Part shown: positions 54,501-64,000 of the stretch, piece after piece
Layout: each line of letters begins with the position of its first letter
Position numbering within the stretch: the stretch's first letter is position 1
Source: Octopus sinensis
Lineage: Eukaryota
NCBI RefSeq assembly: GCF_006345805.1
Contig: NC_042998.1
Span: forward strand, 111,228,001 to 111,292,000
Direction of reading: 5' to 3'
DNA length: 64,000 bases
Notes under the pieces: generated by a model
Seen by the model: the letters and a program-made list of their open reading frames with translations, nothing else
What the model was told of the DNA's origin: nothing
Databases searched by the model: none
Program-made: the position numbers and the translations under genes

Positions 54501-56007
54501 GCCCGGCACCTGGTCTATGCGGGTTAAATAACGTAATCTATAAATGTACCATAGCTACATAGAATAACAAATTTATTTATTTAGGGTGTACTGTACATTT
54601 TAAAAAACGTCTTAGCAACCATCTCTCTTCTTTCAAATTACGTCATAAAGCTGATAGCACCACACTTTCAAGTAAGATCTGGGAACTAAAAAACAATAAT
54701 ATTAAATATAACCTTAATTGGGAATTAGTTAGAAGAGCGATGCCTTATAAAAATAACAGAGTTGGTTGCCAACTTTGCTCCATGGAAACATTTGAAATAC
54801 TAATGCACAGAAGAAATGATTACTTATTGAATTACCGCATAGAATTGGGAATTATCTTGTATTCACGCTAGAGTTGAAACTCTAAAATATTTTAAATGAC
54901 AACCGTATATAAAAACCATTTGGTGATTTGTCTATGTTGCTTATTATAATAATATAGCAATACTCTTATATATTTATTTTAAATAGATAGCTGCAAGCTC
55001 ATAAGTTACGGTTATTTTCTCTCTAAATGTACCAGATTTGGAACATAAAGAAATAAATCAGTTGCTAAAAAAACTTTCATTCTAATAGACTATATAGATA
55101 ATTTAAATTAATTTAATCTAAATTTTTTCTAATTTAGGTAAACCAACTTAAAGCAAATAAGTTAATAAAACTTCGTAATTCTTTTATATACTATAAGTAA
55201 ATTAAAGCTAATCCCATAGAAATAATATAACGATTTTTCATTATGAAAAACAATACTCCCAATTCTTTCTTTTGACCCCTAAATGCAGTCCTCAAGTCTG
55301 CCAATGTATAAGTAGTAACATTAATAAATAAAGAAATAAATTGAATGACCTCCTTTCTAGTGTTGCACTGAAATCTGCTAATACTTTTTCCTATAGTGAT
55401 AACTTTTTGACCCGCCTTTACCTTCCCGTGTCCTCTTTATATAGCAATTAACAACGGAATACTGGTCAAGATTAGCTTTCCTTTTTTTAAAACTCTTAGA
55501 TTCTTACAAATTCTGACCCAGTCGGCTTGTCTCCACTGAGATAAACTATTCTGCGTAGGTGGATATTTACAACCCCATTTCTTCTCAGTTAACCCTTTAT
55601 ACCCTTTGTGAGTGATTGTCTATACGCTCCACTAACTTTCCTTCAACAAATTCTAACATAGCAGTTTTGACAAATGATCAGAAATGCAACCAGCATACTA
55701 TCATACATCAGGAAATCCTCTTTATTATGAACTAATTATGGATAAATACATCGTCTGTGAGTATGAAATCTCTCCTCATATCTCCAGAATTCAAACATAC
55801 TTCATTATTATGGATGGATTTACATTTTCAATTTCTGTGAAACTAATAGGTTTTTAAAAATACTTTTTTAAAGCCTGTTATTTGAATGTGCAACATTAAA
55901 GAACTTTGGAAGTCCGTTTATTATCTAAATCTGATTTTTATAGAACTATCCCGAATGTTTCATGAGTGTAGCCTCACCCCCTTAGATGTTTTGAGAACTC
56001 AGATGTT

Positions 56008-56097
56008 TTTCGGCTGATGAGTACGGGTCACGTGTATTTGCTGCAATATTTGCAGCCTTAATAAAGGTGGTCTTCGTACGAAACAATTGTACCGAAA
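56008..56097 (+). ncRNA. Type I hammerhead ribozyme, canonical core, GUA cleavage site
   Basis: TTTCGG-CTGATGA-GTACG...CGTAC-GAAAC-AATT-GTA-CCGAAA. Confidence 0.85.
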
Positions 56098-56343
56098 TAT
56101 TTGATCCCTTTTTGTTGCTTTTTTCTTGTTTATATTCATATATATATATATTTATATATGCAGTTTTATTTGTTTAATTGCATCATTGTCTCCATATATA
56201 TATATATACTCACCTCGATTCTTCTTATAGCCATTCTTTACCCCGAGGACTTGTAAGTTCAAATTATTTCAGAGCTATTAAGTGTTTTCTACACTGAGAA
56301 TCTCTGGATCTCGTCTATTGGCCTCGTATATGCATATACATAC

Positions 56344-56472
<129 letters not shown>

Positions 56473-57509
56473 GTCCTAATTCAAATGTCATTGTATAAGT
56501 CATTAAGAATATTTCACAAAAGAAAATAACTCTTAGGTAATTAGCTGCATTAACAACATCAAATCATCGCATATAAATTATACAAATTTAAATAATATAT
56601 CCATACAGCAATAGTAACTTACTCATCAATCACTTTTCCTATAGCATTTAACTGCCACTATACACAAGGATAGCATGAAAATATTAAAGGAAATAATCAA
56701 ATAGAAGAGCAGAATCCAACTGAGGAAGGGTCGCGCGGACACGTTATCTTTCTACGTTCAATTATCCTAAGAGGTTTTTGCTTTGTCATCAAGCAAAGTT
56801 TCCTCTTTCTATTCAAAAGGCGTGTTTCAGATGATTACTCTCAACCACTGCTCTCTTTTTAGATATTACACAAATAAAACACCATTGTTTCAAGAAAAAT
56901 CCTCTTGCTTTTTGCAATATGCAAAATATAAGGTCATCTTCAGCAAAGACTTTACTACAGTCTATGCTCTCCTCTAAGCAATCGTCTTTTTCCGAAAAAA
57001 TACAAAACATTGTTTAGGGAATTCGTTGAAAGTATCAGTAGCGCACACTGATTAATCGTCATACATCGGTAATTTCTCGAATAGAGTACTATCTCAATTT
57101 ATTCTTACACAACTTTCTCACACCTCCGCAAACATCTGTCCCACACATCAGCATTTACACATTGTTCTACTATTCCCCCAATAGCTGCACAACTTACCCT
57201 AATCTAACAAGAACCTGAATCTAAACAAACAGACTAAAATCCGAATCTTTATACCAGTAATCATCACAATCAATGACCATGTAAAATGTATACTAGAAAT
57301 TACGTATAAAACTTCTTCATCATTCGCACTGCACATATTCACAGTCTATAGCAAGAAACGTATTTCGCTTTGTATTTGCTTTGCAAGACACTTTATCTGA
57401 ATTCCTGTGCGTCTTTAAAAAACTTTCTAAATTTACCTTATTTAAGGACGCTAAACTCAGCATCAAGATCGGAGAGAAACTAGGGTGATACATCAGATAA
57501 CATTTATGT

Positions 57510-57720
57510 ATGACGACATGTAATAATAGGAACTGTATTTTATGTACTTGTAACTCTAGTGTTAATTGTAAGACCAGGAATGTGATCTACAGCATAAACC
57601 GCATTAAGGGTGCTTGTAAGAACCGGAATATAGCATACATTCGGGAAACGTCTATGATTTTAGCGGATAGATTAAATAAACACTCGAGAGTTAAATAACA
57701 GGGAATATTCGTCTATACCG
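57510..57720 (+). mobile_element. Penelope-like GIY-YIG endonuclease remnant
   Basis: CNNRNCILC...NCKTRNVIYSI...YIRETSMILADRLNKH fits C..C..C.T.NVIY...YIGET...L..R...H. Confidence 0.65.
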
Positions 57721-59964
57721 TGTCAGCTTACCAAAGATCAGCATATACCCAACGAAAGGAATTAAAAATACAATGTGGATTATGTAGAGCAACATTTAAT
57801 CCAAGATTGTGAGATAATTTAGCAATTGAAAGGGAATGAGGGACTCCGGTGGATAGAACCTCAAGATAGAAAGGGGTTGTCAAATTTACTCAAATCTATT
57901 CTAAAGGCAAAACATTAGACCATAATCAAAATATTTTAAGAAGCAGCATTCATAATCTGCATTAACGCGCAAAATCTCTTAGACTCTATACAAATATATA
58001 CACAGTAGAAATTAATAAAAACTGATCCAGTTTTGTAGAATCGTGATAGACAGTTGTTAGCTCAGCAATACCACAAATACCAACAAATTGACGACCCTTC
58101 AAGGAACAAGGAGGACCAGAAACATTTCTGTAAATTACAAGAGACTTCTGCTTACACCAAAGGTAGAAAATATAAATCAGGCAAAGTGTAAATAACAACA
58201 AAAGATTGTTCTTACAAAATAAGCTTAGATAATATCAGTAGAAAACTTTGCTAATTACACAAAAAAAATTAGCTTTTAGAGAGAGAAAGTGACAACAGGA
58301 ATGGTATCTGAACGAATTGATTTACTCAGTAGCTGTCGAAATATCTAAACGAATATAGGCTTGAGATGCTTCGATAGATTCATGGAAATGACAGTGAAAA
58401 TAATCTGATTAAACTGAGATGGATAGAGAATACACGTATCAATACTGAAGGAAGAAAAACATCCTATACTTCAAAATTGAAAAAACATAAAAACTTATTC
58501 AGAACTCTAAAGTATAAAAAAGAAAGAGAAAGTAAAAGAAGAAAGATACTATGAGATGACACTAAAGCAAACTACGACAAATTAAGTTATTTTAACCACT
58601 TGAATGCTTCTTGCACCAAAGTGGGTTATTTGAAGCCACATATAACACAAATCACAGCAGTTCATATGTCTAAAAGGAAACATTGGGCCTAAATATAAAG
58701 GAAAGTTACCAGTCACCGCATAAAGCAGCGCAGATTATTAAAGCAACCCTAAAAGATCAGTAAATGAAAGAGTAGGAATAACGAAATGAATCAAAATAGA
58801 AGTGAACTTGGTTTTTAACAGACACAACGGCTGGAATATCCCAGCAATGGAAAATATTTTCTGAAATAACTTACAAGCAAATACAATCATTTAACAAGAA
58901 AAGCTAAATGGATCAAGCAGATATGATAAGTTATTTATTGATTTCTAACTTAATCACATTGACATGGTACTAAATACGTAATGTCGACCATATTAACTTT
59001 ATCACTTGACTAATAATCATTTCAAAGGGGACTAGAAGGATGGGATACAAAATCGACCTCGAAGGGATTCACGACTTAACGAGGCGTTGCCATAGTTCAA
59101 TATAGCAAATACTATCATACACACTACGGACACCTATAAAATCCCTTCAGATATTTCAAGACAGTATGAGCGCAAATCAAGTAACCTAACATGAATTATT
59201 TAAGAAAATATTTTTGAACTGTGTACTATCCTCTATATTGTAAGCACTCTAGATAAATATCAGAATTCCTAATGTTATTAATTCCTGTAAATTATGAAAT
59301 GGGAACCCTAAAACTAAATTAATACCATAAAATAATTCGTAACAAAAAATATTAGCCACTTATCTTATACGAAATGAAATTTTCTAAAGAAAACCATTGG
59401 TCAATGCTTCTCAGCTATTTACCTACCATTTATCTAGCTTGGCAAATTTGTTTATCTAGAGGAGCGTTTCTGAATATTCGCTCCTTCCAATTGAATTCAA
59501 AGAATATTAACCACCATTAATTGTTTTCTAAATCAGCAATAGATTCGAAAAAGTTATGCCTATTAATAGGAAATGTGATGTACATGAAGGTCAACGTAAG
59601 ATGCATTATTTACAGAAATAAACAATGTCCAAATAGAGATCCATAACATTTACGCTTCAATAAATTCTTCCAAATAAATAAAGCCAGCAATAAACATATA
59701 ACAAACTTAAATGAAGAAAATGTTAACAGTGTAACGATTACTATAAGTGATCCAAATGCGCATTAAAAATAGAATTATAGATAAAAAGAAATAATAATAA
59801 ATAAAAGCATACAAAGTATCCTATTAATTCAAACTTAATTCAATGAAAATAGCGCCGATAAAGGAGAAAGTAAATATAATAGAATTCGAAATAACCTATT
59901 AGGAATCAGACGTTAGAACACATTTTCCCGTTCCTGGTTTAATATGAATCTGTCTGAGTTCGTA

Positions 59965-60238
59965 TATGAGTATATACATATACACATACATACAAACATA
60001 CATGGATACATACATACATAAATGCATACATACGTACATACATACATACATGCATACATACATACATACATATATACATACATACATACATACACACATA
60101 CATATACATACATACATACATGCATACATACATACATGCATGCATACATACATACATACATACATACATACATACATACATACATACATACATACATACA
60201 TACATACATACATACATACATACATACATACATACATA
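59965..60238. repeat. (CATA)n microsatellite
   Basis: Seen directly. Confidence 0.95.
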
Positions 60239-61000
60239 CGCGCAGGTTGGGCTGAAAGTAATATAGAAGCCTGCATCTCTTTTAGTGAGTAATATCTGTT
60301 GTAGTTGCATATGGAGTAACTATTCCCATATATAAAGATACTATTTAATAAGTGCCATCAGAGGTGATGCATTTGCATCGCAAGTGATGCATTTGCATCA
60401 TCACTGAACTCAAGTCTCTGAAAATGTTATATGTACAATCTTTACTCACATTTTCACGGCAACTTTCACTTTGTCTGTGCTATCAAATTTTTCTAAAAAA
60501 TGTCCTTCATTAGATCGAACAGGTGGGAGTTGGAGGTCACTAGATAGGACTGTGCAGTGGATGGTGGACCTCTAACTATCCAAATTTACCGATTGCCTTA
60601 TTTGTTACCAAAGATATCTTGGAGGTCACACATCAGAATTTTGTTCGAGCTCTTCTTTCTAATGGCTTGTCTATGCTTTTGGAATGAGTCAATGTACCCT
60701 GTCATTCTTTCAGAAAATCAAGAATTATGACGCTCTTCACATTTCCAATAAACAGTCACTATGCCTTTCTGTATCGATCGCTGACTTTTGACAATCTTAG
60801 GCCTTGAAGAAAAAGAGTACCACCATTCAACGGACTGAGCCTTCGTTTCGGATCATAAAGATAAGCTCACATTTCGTCCTCTGGCTCCAGATAGAGAAAG
60901 TAATAGTCTTCATTTGGTTCAAGAACTATGAACATATTAGAGTAGACTTGTTCCTCCTCACCTTTCAATTGGGTGTCAACTGCCGAGGTACTCGTTTTGA
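60239..61000 (-). mobile_element. Mariner (Tc1/mariner) transposon remnant: decayed transposase and one TIR-like end
   Basis: Minus-strand pieces in the correct order: RVPRQLT, EDEM*AYLYDP, QSVEW..S.RPK..KSQRS...TVYW, VIILDFL, HPLHSP, SHLFDLMK. The TIR-like sequence GGTTGGGCTGAAAGT is at ~60245. Confidence 0.8.
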
Positions 61001-61199
61001 ATCAACATTTCAATACCCGCCAGCAGAAAAAAAATGTTACTGTATTTAATTATTTAATAAATTTATTTCTTTATTCCCGGTGTTTTATATTATATTTGAT
61101 TTTTCTCCAGATTTAGTCTTATTTTTCTCTTGCTTGTCTTCTCTATTTTTAACGCTAATGAGATCCGCTTATATCACTTAAATCTATATCTACACAAGT

Positions 61200-61597
61200 C
61201 AAGAGAATACTTGGTGATTGTAATTACGTAGAGGAGTTGCTATACTTGTTGAGCTTTCGATACACACACTTGGATGTATGCATCTATTTACCAAATGAAT
61301 CTCAGGTTGAGAATCTTTTACTACTATATGCCTTTGCAACTAGCCTTTGCAACAATGTAATGCCTCAGTGGCAAGTAGTATCTCGCAGATGTTTTGGGGA
61401 AACTGGTGATGATGTAGGTGGTATGATGCACACTGGTATAGCAGAACCTGCATTTTCTATCACAGCATGGAGGGTAGGTTGTACATTTATCTCGCTTCTT
61501 TATCGGGTATTTAGCAGATGGAATATAATGTATGTACCATAGATTCAGGAGAGGCTACTCATCCTCTCAATAATGTTGTTATCCTCTAGCTTACGGT
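61200..61597 (-). mobile_element. RLE-type (HERO/NeSL-like) non-LTR fragment, zinc-finger region
   Basis: KYPIKKRD...CDRKCRFC.TSVHHTTYIITSFPKTSARYYLPLRHYIVAK is a decayed CxxC-H-C finger followed by the RHD.VAK motif. Confidence 0.65.
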
Positions 61598-61622
61598 AAG
61601 TATGTATGTATGTATGTATGTA

Positions 61623-62345
61623 TGTATTATGTATGTATGTATGTCATTATTCAGTTTTATTTCAAGATTTCTTTCCTATAGAGAAAGAGCCGGTTTCTAA
61701 CTTAGATTCAAGGGTCCTTCATTGGAATTTCAACATCAACAGGGTATTTTTGTATGTATGTATGTATGTATGTATGTATGTATGTATGTATGTATGTATG
61801 TATGTATGTATGTATACGTACAGATTTGAATGTTTTGTTTTATGTATGTATTCTCATGCATATAGTTGCATATCTAGAAACTTTTACAGATTTTTGCAGC
61901 ACCAGTGATGGCTTGGATCTGTAATTATAGAATCAGCTTTCTCCTTTCTGGTTTTCAGAAGCCTAATTTCTAAAGATTGGTATTTAAGCAGTAATTACAG
62001 GTATAAATAATAATAATTACAGGTATAAACCTGAATTTGTATTCTGGATTCAGTAACTGCAAATTTCTCAATAGTTCAGCGTAAGTATTGTCTTTTTATA
62101 TAATTATCCGCAGGGCAGATAATTTCAACAAGTGAACACAGTTTCTCTTCTCTATCCCAAATCATTAAATCAGCTCTGCTCTGCGTACATTTTATTGAGA
62201 TTTTTACTGGGACATTCCACCAGTACTCCTTTTTATTACCGGTCAATCTTTGCAACACCTGTCTGTGTTTGGATTGTACTTCTGGACTCCCGTCTTCGCC
62301 GGGAACAAGGATTAATCTTCTCTCTTCGCTCATTTGCACAACATG
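61623..62345 (-). mobile_element. RLE-type (HERO/NeSL-like) non-LTR 3' fragment with 3' UTR ending in (CATA)n
   Basis: NKKEYWWNVPVKISIKC.QSRADLMIWDREEKLCSLVEIICPAD...ELLRNLQLLNPEYKFRFIPVII...QIQAITGAAKICKSF. Confidence 0.75.
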
Positions 62346-62349
62346 GGCT

Positions 62350-62870
62350 CAACTCTCCTCCCCTCTCTTCTCTTCCTCTCACACCTACTTCCTCCCATCC
62401 ACCACGCCTCTCTTGCTCCGAGTCCTACTTCTTCTCTTCATTCCTACCCACCTTCTCTCTTCTCATATCCCTTCATCGTAAACTCTCCCTCGTAACCCAC
62501 CCCTACACAATCCAACCCCATCTTCACTATCCATCCCATCCCACCCCCACCCATGCCTTACACCTTCTCCCACAAACTCCACCTCAACTCCCACACTCAG
62601 CCTAACCCACACCCCAGCCTCGCTTTCCCCAATCTCACCTCCCCCACTTCCCGACACCACCGCACCTCACACCACTACAGCATACACCACCATACCACAC
62701 AACACCACATCACATCATACCACCACGCACACACTAGCACTGTCCACCTCCCAGCCCCACACCATCATCTACACACCTACACATGCACACGTCAAGGTCA
62801 CCAACCCTCTTCCACACGCACATACATGCTCTATTATACACACGCACGAATACCTTCGTTTTGATATCAC
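62350..62870. repeat. C/A/T-rich low-complexity tract (degenerate CT/CA repeats)
   Basis: Almost no G on the + strand. Confidence 0.8.
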
Positions 62871-63303
62871 CACTACTTTATTATGTCCCCTTCTTCCTAG
62901 CTCTCCTGTGTGACCCCTCTGTCCGGCATTAGGCATGAGAGATCGCTAACCACTATACATTCTTTATTTTCTCTCCTTGTTTCTTTCTGTGCCCCTTTCT
63001 GTGGAAGAGCGTACACTCGAAAAGTTAAAGACTTTTTCACTTCCCGAGCGTTAAACTAATACATCTGTTTAATGTCTGCACCACCTGTCTTCGTCTTTTG
63101 GGGTTTTTGTGCGCATTCTCCCTATATATATATATATATATATACCAATTAAGGACTGAGCACGAAAAGGTGGACAGTCAACATGCTAGATATAGACGTC
63201 AAATCGCCATTCTCCACAAGGATTATGTTCTCAAATAAAAATAAAATTCAGCACGACCTAAAGCAATGGATGAGACAAAAAAAATACTAAGTGGAATAAT
63301 TAC

Positions 63304-63363
63304 CTACGTACTGCAGTTTCAGCTATTAATATCACAAGGATATCTGTAGCTTCATCAGCGTAG
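63304..63363 (-). ncRNA. Type I hammerhead ribozyme, copy 1
   Basis: Minus strand: CTACG-CTGATGA-AGCTA(cagatatccttgtgatattaa)TAGCT-GAAAC-TGCA-GTA-CGTAG. Confidence 0.85.
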
Positions 63364-63802
63364 TCTGTTATGAGCATAATATGCTGTACTAGATGAAAAA
63401 CGGTACCGAAGTCCCGCATGCAAAAAGTACAACCTATTACGTTCGGATGTATCTTTCGAATGCCTCTACTTTTGGCGCGCTGATAATCGAAAAACTAGCC
63501 TGCAGCCAATAATTAGCAGCAGTCAATTTATCGGTTTGAGAACATATATTTCATATTTAAAATTAAGGGTAGAAATTGATATTAGTCAATTAAAACCAGT
63601 GGTCTAGCACATTAAAAAGAATCCGAAGATTAAATATTTATATATACCAATTAAGGACTGAGCACGAAAAGGTGGACAGTCACATGCTAGATATAGACGT
63701 CAAATCGCCATTCTCCACAAGGATTATGTTCTCAATAAAAATAAAATTCAGCACGACCTAAAGCGATGGATGAGACAAAAAAATACTAAGTGGAATAATT
63801 AC

Positions 63803-63862
63803 CTACGTACTGCAGTTTCAGCTATTAATATCACAAGGATATCTGTAGCTTCATCAGCGTAG
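63803..63862 (-). ncRNA. Type I hammerhead ribozyme, copy 2
   Basis: Identical to copy 1. Confidence 0.85.
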
Positions 63863-63901
63863 TCTGTTATGAGCATAATATGCTGTACTAGATGAAAAAC
63901 G

Positions 63902-64000
63902 GTACCGAAGTCCCGCATGCAAAAAGTACAACCTAGGTTGTACTTTTTGCATGCGGGACTTCGGTACAACCTAGGTTGTACTTTTTGCATGCGGGACTTC
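63902..64000. repeat. Perfect 66-bp palindrome (33-bp arms, centre CCT|AGG at 63934/63935) merging into a 38-bp tandem repeat
   Basis: 63902-63934 is the exact reverse complement of 63935-63967. The unit GTACAACCTAGG...CTTCG starts at 63926 and again at 63964. Confidence 0.9.

Larger units (their letters stand above)
54370..56138. mobile_element. Probable Penelope-like element with ~126-bp inverted terminal repeats (54374-54499 / 56008-56134), each containing a hammerhead
   Basis: Near-identical inverted arms. The interior has a weak minus-strand GIY-YIG-like remnant (VAFLIICQNC...LVERIDNH, ~55600-55700). Confidence 0.65.
63143..63934 (-). mobile_element. Tandem ~500-bp non-coding unit (1.6 copies), each with a hammerhead; retrozyme-like or non-autonomous PLE-like
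   Basis: TACCAATTAAGG starts at 63143 and 63645 (period 502). The copies differ by three 1-nt indels and one substitution. No credible ORF. Confidence 0.75.

Noticed and set aside
56718-56752. CTGAGGA...GGACACGTTA as a hammerhead
   Set aside because: GAAA is absent and helix II does not pair; at most a fossil.
57960-59250. Possible PLE N-terminal/RT remnant (DTYK..D)
   Set aside because: Too degraded to support beyond a single weak motif.
62132-62864. 157-aa and 103-aa Pro/His/Ser-rich ORFs
   Set aside because: Antisense of the RLE fragment plus low-complexity CA/CT sequence.

Overview
Eukaryotic, AT-rich, microsatellite-dense DNA. The SINE, microsatellite and LINE content suggests a coleoid cephalopod, probably Octopus (inference from composition only). 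I cannot support any intact host gene; nearly all ORFs in the track are microsatellite translations or antisense shadows of retroelements. Recognisable content: (i) a Tx1/L1-like LINE lacking its RT core, bracketed by (GATA)n, followed head-to-tail by the 5' end/ORF1 of another LINE (1-3846); (ii) a 1.9-kb tandem duplication (~5540-9320); (iii) four R4/Dong-like RLE retrotransposon copies, all on the minus strand and nested in (AAT)n tracts (25.9-33.9 kb), one with an open 602-aa RT-CCHC-RLE frame and a 4x27-bp iterated 5' junction; (iv) many tRNA-type SINEs; (v) a 436-bp MITE with an 8-bp TSD carrying (TTAGGG)6; (vi) Penelope-like GIY-YIG remnants, a mariner remnant and HERO/NeSL-like RLE remnants. 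The most striking feature not explained by the ORF track is a set of hammerhead ribozyme motifs from at least four unrelated sequence families. They occur in a ~500-bp tandem unit (63.1-64 kb, retrozyme-like), as an inverted pair (54.4/56.0 kb), inside a long inverted repeat (47.9 kb) and in the 1.9-kb duplication. All assignments are by eye; no searches or folding programs were run.
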